Source: Phoronis australis (lineage: Eukaryota; Animalia; Phoronida). Taken from it: DNA of 64,000 nt. The first letter of the stretch is position 1. Each line of letters begins with the position of its first letter. The position numbers and the translations under genes were made by a program. Shown here piece by piece: positions 41,901 to 56,900 of this stretch. The notes beneath the pieces are model-generated. The model made no database searches. It was not told the DNA's origin and was given only the letters and a program-made list of their open reading frames with translations. The DNA is taken from NCBI GenBank assembly GCA_002633005.1, contig NMRA01000380.1, positions 370,834-434,833 on the forward strand, written 5' to 3'.

Positions 41901-44900
41901 AAGGGGATGATTACTATTTCAAACAATCTCAGTTAAGGGAAAGATGCAAGTAAACTTAAAATAGCCCTATGGGATGCATACGAATTCAGCAATGCTCTCC
42001 ACAATAGGAACACACCTGTCAAGATCGTAAAAAATAACTGGCACTAGGGGGCACAGTGGCAGTCAGATTCATCCAAAAGTCGTCAACTGATGTCACATCC
42101 ATCGAAACTCACTAATTTCACAAAAATCCGGCAGGGGCTTAGGAGAAACAGCAGCGGATGCAAAAAAAAACAAACTGCAACTAAAGGGCGAAACTTCCAA
42201 AATCATTGTCAGCTAAGCTCCTCTCTGTAAGAACACATTTACCAAATTTTCATAACCATGCTTAGAGTGGTTTGACTGATAGAAATGGATGCCAAAAATC
42301 ACACTCAAAATAACAAAAACAGTCACTAGAAGGTGCACTCTATGTCAAATCTATCTGAAAACAATGCCCAATGCTGAAATGTGCCCATGACAGCAACGCA
42401 AACATTGTGCATCTAGGGGTGTTAATTAGTGTCAAAAATGGAGACTAGGTGGCGAAAAATCCAACCCAAAATAGATAGATCATAACAGAAACTTGTTTAG
42501 AATACCACATTTCAATAAAAACCGTCAAAGATCTGCGAAGATGCAAACGTAAAAACTAAAATAAGTGCTTCTAGGTAGTACAGCAATAAGTCAAAACCGT
42601 CCAATAGTCTTAGGTGACCGTAGTCACATTCATAATATAAACTTAATTCTTGTAAAACTTCACAAAGATCTTTCAAAGGTGTAAGGAGATACAGCGGAAG
42701 AAGCAAACAAGACAAAAATCACACCAGGAATCGTCACAGTTGTCAAATCCGTCCACAAATCAACGTCTTCTAATCAAGAACAAAAAGCCACTTGAAAAAT
42801 AGAAATAGCTATGAGGTGATGCAAATTTACATCAAATCCATACAAAACTGGAAGACTATCATCATCTATTTAATAGAAACCGATTTGTCAAATTTCACGA
42901 AAATTCATCCATGAACTCCGAAAATATAGAGGCAAACGGAAACAACTAAAACTGCCACTAGGGGGCACACTGGTAGTCGAATGGGTCTGAAATGCATCAC
43001 AAAATGTTGTCAGCTCCATAGGAACACGTCTGCCAAATTTCACAAAGATCCTCTAAAAGGTTAAAGAGACAGAGTCGTAGACGAAAAAACGCCACTACCA
43101 GGCACCAATGTAGTGGAATCTATCCGAACCTCAACGTCAGACATGTCCTTCTGATCAGAAACACATCTGCCAGTTTTCACAACGATCCTCCAAGTAGTTT
43201 GGCCAATAGAAAGGCGGACGCCAAAAAAAGACTTGAAACTTAAAAATTCCCACTAGGAGGCACGCAATACATAAAATTTCTCCAAAAATGGAAAGGCATT
43301 CTCATCACCTTAATAGAAACCTATTTGCTAAGTTTCATAAAATCCATCAATGAACTCCAAAGATACACAGGAAAACGTAAAAAATAAAAATTCGACACAC
43401 CAATCATCAGATTGGGCTGAAACTTGTCATCATCTGTTCTCAACTCCATCGAAACATATCTGCTTCACTAAGTTCCTGCAAAGGGTAACGTTGGTACAGC
43501 CGTGGATGCAAAATGAAACAAAATCTCCAATAGAAGACGCTGTAGTAGTCAAACATGCTCAAAAATCAACGTCATCTGCAGTCTCCTCATCAGAAACTCA
43601 CCTGTCAAGTGAAGTACAAGCAGAATTCACTGCCCCAGTAGCTAGAATGACCGGTCATGATGAGGAAACGGTATTTTGTCCAAATACTTCAGTCTCTTCT
43701 GTTAGTATCAAAATAAAATCAGACAAATACAATCCACTTACCTGTCTGGGGTGTAAGCCAGCACACTTTCAATGAAGTCCAAAACGTGAGGGGAAAACTT
43801 TGGGTGATCTGTTAACAACTTGACTAGGAAACTAAAAATAAAATGTTAAAGACAATAAAAAAACGTGATAAAAAGCTCAAACGCAAACAGTGCTGCATTA
43901 AAATCTCTCCAATTTCAGGACACAATATGGCCGACAAGTGAACTTTTTCTTCATCATTTTTTACACGAAAGATAAGTAGCACCAAACTAAATGCTTTTCC
44001 ACGTTCAAGTTTTGTCCAATAGCTACTAATCATACAATGTTGTAGAAAATTGTAAGCAGTGAAAACAGTGTTAGAAGTCTTTGAAAATGAAAGGGGAGAT
44101 TTTTGGCAAATTGTTTTTTTTTACCCAAAACTATTGAGATTTTACCATAAATGCACTGAAGACATTTTTAGAAAGAGTTTAAGTCATGGTCTATTTTGTC
44201 CTACTTAATCAAAGGTTTCTATTGCGACAATCCACACTGATGAATTTGTCATTGCCGCAAAGTAACAATTCAAATAAAACTAAAGCTTAAAACAACCAAT
44301 CTACGGACTCAATACCCCTCAAGGTAAGGCAAAATTTAACAGGTGTAAATACTATGAAATACTTCAGAAGAAATAAGGCAAAACTCTTGGCACTTCCTAC
44401 CTTTCAATATGTTCATCAAGTGCTGCTACCTGGTGGTCAGCATGAAAGTTAAATAGCACCCTAAAGATGGCGACACTGCGGCGGCCAGCAGCACCATTCA
44501 ATGCAGGCTTGTGAAGGCACACCAAGGCATCCATCAACAACTTCCATGAGGAATCGTCTGAAAATATTGGAAAACCATAAAACACTATTATTAACTGACA
44601 AACCTAATAACAAGATAACAGAATAACAGTTGACAATGCCCTTCTAATTACATGAGTCTCTGATAGAACAGATGAGTCACTTGTTTTTCACTGCTGAGGG
44701 TATCGCCAAATTCAATTCCTATAAAGGTACCCGCAAACAAAGATGAAGTATAGAATGGAACAGGATGCGATTTAATTTCCTATTTGCTGCATTTTGAACA
44801 AATACTTTCACTTAAGATGCATTTCATCCAAAAATTAGATTAGACCTGTTGCTATGTAGTGTTTTCTTGAGCAGCTAAACAATGTGAAATGCAGCTTTTA

Positions 44901-47900
44901 AGTCACTAAAAACCATGTTCTGGATGTTAAAACCGTCAATTTTCTTCAGAGTCATAACGGCTCTTCCAGGGCAATGTATGCATCAATTTCCTTTGTTTCA
45001 ACTAATGAGTTTCAATAAATTGCCTGGAATTCCCCCTGATGGTCATACTAAGTTAGCAATTGAAAGGAACCTGTCATGACCACTATTTTAACAGACCTGG
45101 TCAGAAGCAATAACGACCTGTCAATTCTCCTCTAAAATAGAGATCAATTTTAATAAGGAATCAGATCAGATTAATTTTATCTGACCTTAAGTGACCTCAA
45201 GAAAAGTTTGTTTTTACAGAAGATGAGGGTTTATTGCCCCTTTAAAAAGTGCTGAAGAATGCAATATAAAGCATGAACGTGTTGTATACCTTGACGTGGA
45301 GAGTGTTTCATTGTTGTGCTGATTATCTGCAGTTTCTTAACCTGCTCGTCAGCGCAGTCGAATATGCGAGGGAAGAGGGACGAGGAGTCCAGATGAGTAA
45401 GCAGCTTGTCTCTGTCATCGCCAATCTGACATACAAGAGTGTGGAATCCAATAACAGACAAAGAACCTCTTTGATCTTGTTTCAGTGTGATTCCACAGTA
45501 TTTGTCTCCTCCGTTAACGCACAAAAATACTAACAGAATACGTTTCCAAAAGACGACTGCTATATCTTCACTATAAAGAGACAACAACTGTGGAGTTGAC
45601 TAGACCATCAAACTGAACGAATACTCGATTATTTGACATTTTTTCGTTGTAATGGAGTAAGCAAGCACAATGAAACACAGTTATTAATAAATAAGTTTAT
45701 TATACAACAAAGAAGCGATAGCTGGCTTCCTGGTGCCCTCCTTTTTCCCTTCCTCCCCCCTCCCTCGATGTCAATGCTGCCAGTTGTGTTCACAACTGTC
45801 AACATGGCCATGAATAATGGCATTCCACCCAGCTTAATATCGTAACAGCTCTTGAAACACTCAAGTGAAACTATTATATCTACAAAACGTTGTTGCTGTA
45901 CATTTACCTTTCTGTCCATAAATGCCTTGATCCACTCCAGGTAGAGTAAACATTCAGCCACAGTTAGGCAGGGGCTGTTAGATGCCAGCACAAGCCGCTG
46001 GTGTAGTTCATTGCTTTCACTGTCAGAGAACAGGTCACTACCAAATCGTAGCTGAAAAGGAGATAGTAAGCCTGGATTGCTATCAGGTTCTTCCACAGAC
46101 GGCAGTCACTTGAAGCTATGTATAGTGAAGATCACGGCAAGATCTGTGAACCTTGAAGTGAGGTTGAGCGTGCACAATTTGGCCTCACAATTAATGATGC
46201 TACTATGTTGAGACAACAACTTGAGCTCACAACTAATGACGCTACTATGTTGGGACACACACAATTTGGGCTCACAACTAATCACGCTACTATGTTGGGA
46301 CATATACAATTTGAGCTCACAACTAATCACGCTACTATGTTGGGATCGCACAACTTGGGCTCACAACTAACGACGCCACTACATTGGAACACGTGCGTAT
46401 TTCAATTGACCTTTTTGCTGATACTGAAAATCAATGCAGGCACATCCCAAAGCAGATCAAGGTCAAAAATCATCAATTTCAAAATAAAAAGTAAACGAAG
46501 TTAGCACCAAAAACCAGAGGTCCAGTGTACGGTAAAAATTCTATGGTTTGGACAGCCTTCAAAGTTTGGGACACAAAAACTCAAGCAGTAACTGAATCCT
46601 CTTCATTACAAAGTTACTCTAGATACGTCTGAAAATAGAATAGTCCTTGTCCCAGATTTTGAGAATCAATTTGATGTCTGTTATTCAGTGGAAAAATGGT
46701 TCTCAAACTGTAGGAGTATAACATGTTCTTACCATATCTTGTTCTTACCTTGAGCTTAAACAAAAGATGTAGCAGTGGTAGGTTTGTAGTAGGCAGATAC
46801 TTCAAGACAAGGGATTTGAATATCTGGAACAAAGAAAAAAACATAGCTATGAACTCACATATTGTCATCATGTCGTGAACACATCCACTACCACAAGAAA
46901 CTGTAGGAACATGGCATTTATCCACCTTCACTATTACAGGGCTTCTATTGTGAGTCAGCATGCGTGAATAATTGGCTGATAAGCCACCTATGGAACTACT
47001 TTTGGCTGAATGGATGACCAGGCAATAAAATAATAGCCAAGACCAGTTAACTAATGCAAAAAGAATAATGTCGTAGCATCACCTAGCCTTGGTGGAAAGC
47101 TGTATACTGTATTGGCTCTAATAAACTCTTAGAAAAATTAATTTCACGGGGAGGGGACGCTTATTGTAGCCTATGCCAGTTGAAAACTGGTTTCCGAAAC
47201 GGGTACAATCGGAAGCTAGGATTCATCAAATTTACGCTCTGTGACGTATTTGTAGCCTATGACAGTCTTTCTACAAAATTATGGTGCATTGCTATCAAAC
47301 TTCGTTGTTAAATTACGATCATTTTTCAAAAAATTGTGCTGAAATCCTAGGTAAAAAACTTGCCGACTGATACGTCGCTGAATCGCGATCGTCGATAGGA
47401 AAACTTGAATTCTTGAATAAAAATATAGTTTCGACTCAACAAATTACCTGAAATCTTCCTTATGTTTAACAATTTTTTAAGTTCATGTGGAGTACAGATT
47501 AATTGCAATTAAGTCCAAAACTGTGCTACATCGTACCCCACAACACGAGAAAAATCTCTGGATGAAAACACAGTCATGTTGTTGTCACGTGACGTTTGTT
47601 TTGAAGTTCGTCTGCGTATGAGAGTGAGTGCGTGTGCGGGTCATCGACGACAGACTTTTTTGTTACAAAAGGCGGAGGATTATGCAAGAAAATGTCGTTT
47701 ACTAGATTGTTTTTCACTTAAACGGCTGCAACGTGCAAGGTGAGTACTGGTTAACTCACAGATTTTGTGTGCACAGGCCGACGGTCGTTAGCTCTACCAT
47801 GGAGTAAAACATTAATAGTCCAAGGCTCGATCTACATGTCGGGGACGAGGTGATGAGATGACGAGGTGAACTACTCGAGCTGTGTGAAATTTCTGGGTCT

Positions 47901-50900
47901 AACGGAGACACTGACGCAGTGGTCAGCCAGCTCACTGTATCAAGACTATAGTCAAAATCCAAATTCGTTTTATCGTGTCCCTGTCAATAATAACGGCATG
48001 CTAAAGTTTCTTAATGATCGTACTTCAGGAACATAACAATCACATGTTTTGTACACATACGCGCACGCCACAGATCACAACTCGGAAATTTCCGTTTGAC
48101 GGATGACAATGAATGAGCACAATGAAATTAAACAATGTCATTTTACAGCTTGTAAGATTCATAATAAACGTATTTTGAATATTGCAATGCATGTGTTCCA
48201 AAATCTAAATAACTTGGGTCCTATATTTTTGTATTCGTGCGCGCCGAATGAAAGTAATCGTGAATGTTGCTGTGTTGCAAAATCTCTTATCTTGGGCCGA
48301 TTTGAAAAATTCTAAGTTTTACTCATATTTGTCTTTGCTCCTCTTTTCAAATATTACAATAAAAACCACGTAAAACTATCTCCATAAAAAGTACAGTCTG
48401 CTAGCAAGATTGTAATCAGCTGATCATATCCGCATGAGCGAAGCCAATTATCCTTGCTCCTGACTCGATGACTAGAGCAGCTTTGCGGCATCCCTTTGAT
48501 CGTGAGCCGAGCGCGACTCAGCCAAGGTGGATAAATACGGTCTAGTTCAATCTGCCAAACCCCACCGTTTACCCTGATAGGTGGGGTTTGGGCCAATCTT
48601 ATTTAGTGGGAATGTTTATAGCATGATATAGAAATGCTTGACATTGCCAAAATGGCAATTTTTAATTCTCAGACTTACTCCAGTGCTAAAAATAGAATCC
48701 AAATTCTACTATGGGCTAATTTTTTGTTGGAGATGCCATCTAGCACATTTAGCAGAGTGACAGAGAGACCCCACCCGCAAGTCAACTTTCCTCAAGCACT
48801 TCTGATTGGCCATTGTGGACGTATGTGCCACAATATATATTGAAATGAGGTTGAATTTAAGGTTCACTGGTTTTCAATGAAGGATCAGCATGCAATTACA
48901 AATAATGTTTGTGTTACGCTTATTAAAAAAAAACATTTCAGAATCATTTTGGAGAAAAGCACTCAAATCACTGGCAGATCTAGGATAATGGACAAAGAAG
49001 AGGCATTCATACTAGTCATAAAAATGGTATGCCACCACCGAAAGCTGTTTGACATGGAAAGAGGGGGCCCCTAAATCTGCCAAAGTTGACAAGTCATATG
49101 CAAGGAAGAAACGCCTTGATAAACCTACTGAGGGTGAGAGATCGGGAGTTATCTCCACAATGTCAGCCATGATGAGTGCCAAGTTCACAACACAAGGTGT
49201 AGTCAGCATGGGACATAACTCCATGATATCTGATGTGACACGTTTCAGTTCCTGTGTATCAACCTCCTCAGATAAACACTCTTGAAGACTTTGTTGTTTC
49301 ACCAAATTTGAGGAGTTTTTCACATGAGGGGGTATCGTCAGAGGCTGCACAAAGAGAAGAATAAGAAATGGATACAAAGAGTTCCCTAATGCTAAAATGC
49401 AGACTTTGACAAAATGAAGTAAACAACAAATACAAAACTAACGCTTTCCCCTCGACATATCAATATGTCTATGAGCACGAGACGAAAATTTTCAAAAATT
49501 TCCCAAAGAACATATTAGGTTACAATCAGCACACAAACTAAGTTCCTGTTAATGCTTGAAGTTATGCTGAAAATAGCATTAAGTTACGTAAAACATTGAG
49601 AACGTCTGCACAACAAAGGGGCTAAAGTTAACCGTCCTTTCATTACAACTTTTGACTTAGAGTGCTAAACATTATGGAATACGTTACTTTGAAATTGTTC
49701 TTTAGTCACCAAGGAGATATCGTTGTCATATGCTGACAATGTTGATGTAAACATCTTATTTCATTTACCATGCAAAATGACAATAAGCATACCTTGAAAG
49801 GTTCAATCCTGTTGCATAGCAAGTCATTTATCAAGTTGACATTAGGGGTCTCTGTTGTAACATGTTGGACAGCATTCCGCAATGCGGTGACAAACAGGAT
49901 TGCGTAATTTTGAAAGGCTTTCGTATTCTCCTTTCGGCAAATCTGGTTAAAATGTTCCAGCTTGCGGATGAAAATCCCCTGAAGGGAAGATAACATTTTG
50001 TTAGATTTTCACACATGAGTACATTGTAATCACTTCATCATTATAAAATCAAAAAGAAATGAAGAGCTGCTTCGAAGCTGCCTTCTGCCAAACTTCAGAT
50101 TTTGACTATGCTCTGTTAAACTGGTCTCTGTACTCATGTTAGACGAGATTTCTTGACTTGGAAAGAACTAGTAATTCATTGCTTGATTCCATGCTCAGCA
50201 ATAAAACTGACACGCTGTTACAAGCCAAAGTCTTGAGCTTGGAGAGTTTTACGTAGAATTCGGTTTCTCGAGAGCAAAGCAAATCATGTGAGTGAAAAAG
50301 AAGTGTTTTTTTTTCAGAAGCTCACTAGATCACGCTACTGAACAACTGTGTGCAATCACTCCATTCTAGACACTAAGCTCTTTACAACATGGTCTGCAAT
50401 ACGCCAATATTTTATTTGACACTTGTATGCGAAGTCCTACATGAATGTAGCTGACTACTACCTTACTATCTTCAAAACTCATGTGTGTATGTCTCAACTG
50501 GACAGGGAGATTTCCGCCAAGTAAGGCGAAATTTGACTTATGACAAAATCTCAATAATTTGACACAAACTGGTTGATGTTGTTTTCAGCAAATGTGTTTA
50601 TTAATGATTGTTCCCTCATGAATTTTTGAACAACTAGCTTTGTGCCCTCCAGATGGAGCTATAAAATGATCCCTCATCTCTTGTATTTGTGCAATGCACA
50701 CGGTGGGTGCATACAAGTACACGACAAATTAAAGTACAGTAATCAGACAAAATGCCGTTTTCTTGAAAAGAAAGCTAATTCTGGGAACAGTGAAAAATAG
50801 ATGGTAATAACAATTACGAGGGTAAAAATGGCTTAGCATTCATACTATCTTGCTTGTTAATGCCCCTTTATTGTCAGTCACAAGGGCAGACGGTAATGGT

Positions 50901-53900
50901 CTAATATAAAGTGCCCGAATTTTGAGAATCAGTTTTCCCAACTAAATAACGGGCATCAAACTGGTTCTCAAAATGAGGGCATATTATATCAGACTATTGC
51001 TGGGACGACTCCTCTGACAATGAATTTTGCTTCCGCCCAGATATCATAACGGAGAATTCCGGGTCATTTTGTATGAATACTATTGGCTTGTACTGCTCAC
51101 AGTACTTTTTTCACCATGTTTGCCTAAATATGGAAACTCATTTAACATTTACAATCTGTCACGAAAATTTCCTTGACATTACAAAAATTGCTTCTTACGG
51201 ACAAAACACGTCATCTGTGATTAATAGAAGTGGCTCAAACATGGAAACAATTGACAAACCCCCCTCCCAAAAAAAACTGCAATAACACAAGTTTGTCTGC
51301 ATTAAAATGATAAATTTCATAATAATTAGGCTATGAGATTGTGACTAGTACATTCACATGGTGAAGAATCAGAGCAAGTGCTGACACAGCGCCACCTATA
51401 CATAGTTTTCTCGTAAACGCGATTACCCAGAATTCAGTTGTAGTCCGCCATCTTTAAAGGCAAGCTTTCGTTGAACGTGTTATCTATTGTACCCATATAT
51501 TTTGTTGCCGATGTCAGTTTTGAAAGAGAAAGGGAACGTCTTAGGCGTAAAGGAAAAGTATAGAGATTCACTGGACAGTGTTACGAGAGCACGGTATCTG
51601 GAGAAGATACGGGATATCGGCAATCTTGATCCATATGAGATCGAGTCCGTGAAGTGGTGTGCGGTAACGCCAGAGGCAGAGGCCAACGACTTACCCAATA
51701 TTTCCTACCCAGACATTGTTAACTATCTGGTCAACAAACAGAGTGCATATACTTTGGCGGCACTTAAAGCGTATAAGTCTTTAGAGGCTTATAATTATTT
51801 TGTTTCTGGGTTTGTTCTGGAGTTAAAGGTTAGCAAGACTCCTAACTCCAGGGTAGTGCTCATGGCCAAAGTGAAACATTCACAAAGAATGAATGATGCG
51901 TCGCTCAAACCTTGGGTTATTGCTGAACAAGATGGCACTGTTGTGTCAGGTCACTGCACATGTATGGCAGGGATTGGGGAAGTCTGCTCGCATGTTGGTG
52001 CTGTGCTATTTGCTGTTGATGCAGTGGTGAAGATTAAGAAAAGCACAACAGTAACTCAAGAAAAGTCGTACTGGTTGCCTTCATCTGCTTCAAAGGTAAA
52101 TGTTTTACTTCTTTTTATAACCTCAACATAAGTAAGTGTAAGGTCCACAAAAAGAGTTGGAAATTAAGCTCACTTTTATTACTCGAACAGGCACTTACGG
52201 AGAGCGTGCGACATTTTGTTTGGTTTTTTGCTCGACAGTAGAAAATTTGGCATTACTCATAATTTTTACCACCAAACAAACAAATTTGATGTACAGATCG
52301 AAGGTGGCCCTCCATCTTAGAATTTAGGTCATGTTATAAGTTAAAATTTATGGTACTACTTATTTTAAATGTCGACATCAGTCTCGACTGTGGCATCTCT
52401 ATGTTGTGATGTTTGGTTTAAGCCCAAGGTGTTCAGGCGACGAAACGTGGGGGTTTGAAAGCGAATTTTTTATATTGGAAGGTGGCCCTTTAGCCAAACC
52501 TTGGTATTTACCTGATAAGGAACGCTACATTTTGCTGTTTTGAATACGAACGGTTTTCTGTACAAGTCAGAAATGAACAGACTAATTGTAAACATTTCCC
52601 AGTCTTTACTTACATATTGTTCCTGTTGCGCTCAACCATCATAACAAAGTTTCCTCAGGAATATACCAAGCAATGAATAAGATCTTGCTAACTTCTCATT
52701 TCAGGTTAACTATAAACCAGTGAAGGACATTGACTTCCGCTCTGCGAAGCAACTGAAGCGAACCTTTGATGGTGCATTTGGGTGTCCACAGCCAACGCCA
52801 AAAATGAAGAAGTGCCCCCAAGTGGAGGATCCTTCCAGCGAAGAGCTAACAAAATTTTTTCAGGACATGAAGGACTGTGGGAAGAAACCAGTTGTGTTGG
52901 CTGTTGTCCCTGGATTCTCAGATGATTTTCGGCCTATATCGTTGAGCAAGAAATACCCAAAAGTGTTGTCAGAGCTCTACGACGAGACACTAGCTGCAGC
53001 TCAGCAATCAACGGTTCTTGATCAGTGTGACATGATCTTCAAAAGTATATCTGTGACAAACCAAGAAGTCGTCAATTGCGAGGAGGACACCCGTCTCCAG
53101 GCTGCCACAAAGCAATGGTTTCGCTTCCGAGCTGGTCGTATCACTGCTTCTAAAGCAAAGGCAGTTTGTCGTACGTCTCTCAAAAATCCAGCTAAGAGCT
53201 TGATTCGCGATATTTGCTACCCCAACTCTAAGCCATTTAAAACTGCTGCAACTACTTGGGGCTGTGAGCATGAGAAAAAGGCTCGGGATGATTATCTTGA
53301 AATAATGAAAGCAAATCATGACAACTTCACATTTCGTAACAGCGGACTGGTAATTAGCACCGAGTACCCCTTCATGGGTGCAAGTCCGGATGGTGTAGCA
53401 ACTTGTGACTGTTGCGGTGATGTCATCATTGAAATCAAATGCCCCTTCTGTCATAAGGACAAGATCATCGATGATTCAGTTGATTGTTTAGAAATTGTAA
53501 ATGGCGAACTTTGTCTGAAGCGCAACCATGCATACTATTACCAAGTGCAGTGCCAGTTACTCGTCACTGGAGCTGAGTGTTGTGATTTTGTTGTCTGGAC
53601 GACGAAAGACTTTGTGCACGAGAGAATACTGCACGACACTGAGTTTACTCAGCAAATGGTTAATGACTGTAGTCTATTTTTCAAAAAGGTGATTTTGCCA
53701 GAGTTAGTGGCCAAGTTGTACTCCAGGACACAGACTGTTAGTGTGCAGTAAATACTATACATATACTGATAACTCAAGTTATAGTGCAGTACTGAGAATG
53801 AGGATGTAGTTATTTTTTCTTCACGCTGATTAGTATTAGTTGTCTGGTTATGCTTTTACATCGTAGTTATTAATAGACATGCTATATTTCACCATTCTTT

Positions 53901-56900
53901 TTTCTCATTTCTGAGTGTTTACTGAATGGCCATGTGATGTGTGTCAATATTTCTATCATACATTTCGTTGAAAGCATGACTGGAATAGTTTTAATCAGGA
54001 GTTTAGAATAATTTAGAACTCTGAAAACAGATGTACTTTAAATGAATCTTGGGGAAGAAACAGTCCTGCTTTCAACATAATGTTTCACCATGACAGACTC
54101 AGGACTAGAGTAAGTATTCAATATTGCTATAAAAGTACAAAAACAACACCTGGGTAGTGTGTTAGTGCAACTCATTTCTGTATTTACAAAAAGCACTCCC
54201 CTACTACCGTTGACAAATTGACAACAGTTACGAGCAACATAATTCGAGTAGTTGTGTGGTTTACTTCCTGATTTTACAGCAAGTCTTCAACTTTACTTTT
54301 AGTCAAATGGCACTACTGAGTCACACATGTTGATCAGAGCACAGCACACAGTAGTTATCTTATCAATAACAGGCATGTCATTGTTCACAGTGCTCAAGTA
54401 GTCGATGAGAATCGTACTTTGAAGAATTGTATATTTATTCCGCAGAATACCAATAACCCTTTCAACATGTATTCTCAGATGGGCAATTTTCCTCATGCTT
54501 TCCAATTCAAGCGGTGATAACTGAGATTTTCCTTTTGTGAAAGCCGGTATCTTTACTTCAGCACCCTTAAGGCCAACACACTCAGCTATGTCAAAACCTC
54601 TGTCAGCGAGGACAATATCCCCTGGAAGAAGCTTACTTAGGAAATTGCAATTCAGTGTCATGTGCTTGTCCGACACTCTCCCACCCCAGCCTTCTGACAA
54701 GAACGAAACTGAGCCTTGTGGGGTGACACCTATTAGATACTTAACAGTGTTGTGGTGCTTATAGTTAGACCATGTCTCCGCACGCGCACGCAAGTTCGAT
54801 GGCCTTTCTATGAACAACTCGAAGCAGTCAATAATAACACAGACTTTCAATCCAAAACTTCTACGGAATTCCATTGGCATAGTTTTCCTTAGTTCTTCTC
54901 TTTCTGGCCACACAATAACTGAACGTAACTTTTTGTACAGGACATGTATCACTTCACTAAAAATTTTGGAAGCATTGCTTGTAGAAATACCAAAAAAATA
55001 GCCAAGTCCCTGGAAGCTGATGTTCTGTCTCAATTTATACAGAGCCAGGATGACTTTATGAAATCTCGTCATGAGTGCTTTTGGTGACGACTGAACAGAG
55101 TCTCCCAGGAAACTGCACAAAGCAGACAGAACACCAAACAAAAGTCCAGTATAATACTTGGTCTTCTCTTCATTGTCGCGAAGAGAATCAAGTGAGAAAG
55201 TTAGTTTAGCCTTGAGTAAACTATTTTCTGACAGCAGTCGCTGAAGCTCACTGTCCACTTGACTTTGATTAAGTGGTTTGTCTGGCACTGATACCTCCTC
55301 AAAATCAACACGGCCCTTTAACTGGAACGAGCAAGGGTTCTTGTCTTCTTCTGTAGAATCAATGGGCACGGCCAGTTGTTCAGTGAATGATAAGTCGATC
55401 AATGCTTCAGCCACGTGATGCCTTTCCTTTACTTCTAGTCGCTTAGCAGCACGATGAAATCTACAAAGGATTACAAAGGATTGAAAAACCATTAAAAATT
55501 TAAGACAAAGATACAGTAGTCTTCAAAAGAAGATTGACAAATATCAGCAGATTTCGACTAGTAAGAAGGTTGCCCCATGCTATATTTACACGTAAACGTC
55601 TAAAATGAAAATTCCGCCATCAGATTCTGTGCATGCTCTCTCGCCGAAAACTGACATATAGTCTTACGCAGTCCTGTGCAAGAATTCAATGTACAGAATT
55701 CAATGATGTAATTACAAACAACAGGAAAATCAACACCTTAAAAACCAAGGCGTGGGTGTTGAACAGAACGTGACAAAAGGGCATGTAATTGCGATTTTTA
55801 GAACTTGCTGTTTAAAGTTCAAATTGCAGTTTATAGGTTGAATCTAGGAATCACCAAGTTCAATTAAATTATCTACTCTTTCACATAACATGTACCAAGC
55901 TGTATCATGGAGTCTCTAACAAAACTTACAATTATTCACCAAGGCAGTATAACATAAAGACTTCTAATGTGCTACAAGAGGACTAAGTAAGTAATATAAC
56001 ATAACATAACCACTTGAACCAAGACAACATGAATTTTACCCGTCTTACTAACGTACCTTTTAACACTTCTGTCAATGTGCCCCTGCTTTTTGGCTGACTT
56101 GGAAGGCGATCCTAGATGACCAAGCTTCAGTGTAGGAGCCCAATCTGGGTTTGCCTTGTCGTACATCTTTGCTGGTTCACCTAAAATGGTACCAACATTT
56201 GAAAACAGAAAAAGTGGACCATAACTGACTTGGCTAGTCGGCACGCAACGCTGGCAACTATATACCAATGAAACATTGATTAGTATTGTCATGAATGTTA
56301 AAACCAGTGCATTCCCTCCACAGCACTTGCATTCAATCATGGTTAATGAAAAAATGAAAATCATGANTAATTGCGATTTTTATAGAATTTATGGGTGGCC
56401 TTTAGATGAATGTGGGCGTTAACCCGAGCAATAACGATTGTTTTGAAAAACATCTCTACTAGGTATGCAAACAATATGTAATGAACTATGCAGAATAGTA
56501 CAAACTGTATGTTCGCATTTGATGCTTGGTACTCACTCCAGTTAGAACTTGCTGTTTAAAGTTCAAATTGCAGTTTATAGGTTGAATCTAGGAATCACCA
56601 AGTGCAATTAAATTATCTACTCTTTCACATAACATGTACCAAGCTGTATCATGGAGTCTCTAACAAAACTTACAATTATTCACCAAGGCAGTATAACATA
56701 AAGACTTCTAATGTGCTACAAGAGGACTAAGTAAGTAATATAACATAACATAACCACTTGAACCAAGACAACATGAATTTTACCCGTCTTACTAACGTAC
56801 CTTTTAACACTTCTGTCAATGTGCCCCTGCTTTTTGGCTGACTTGGAAGGCGATCCTAGATGACCAAGCTTCAGTGTAGGAGCCCAATCTGGGTTTGCCT

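Noticed and set aside
43350-43775. 141-aa + strand ORF
   Set aside because: It runs through decayed satellite sequence and overlaps an AP5B1 exon on the opposite strand; no domain.
46106-46504. Repeat-containing proteins ([10 protein letters not shown] / [10 protein letters not shown])
   Set aside because: Translations of an intronic minisatellite on both strands.
53915-53971. [15 protein letters not shown] resembling a PHD-finger remnant downstream of the YqaJ ORF
   Set aside because: The other Cys ligands are missing, there is no convincing in-phase splice acceptor, and a stop follows immediately; probably chance.
53008-55001. Antisense ORFs 53008-53454, 54537-54764 and 54810-55001
   Set aside because: Shadow frames opposite the real YqaJ and transposase exons.
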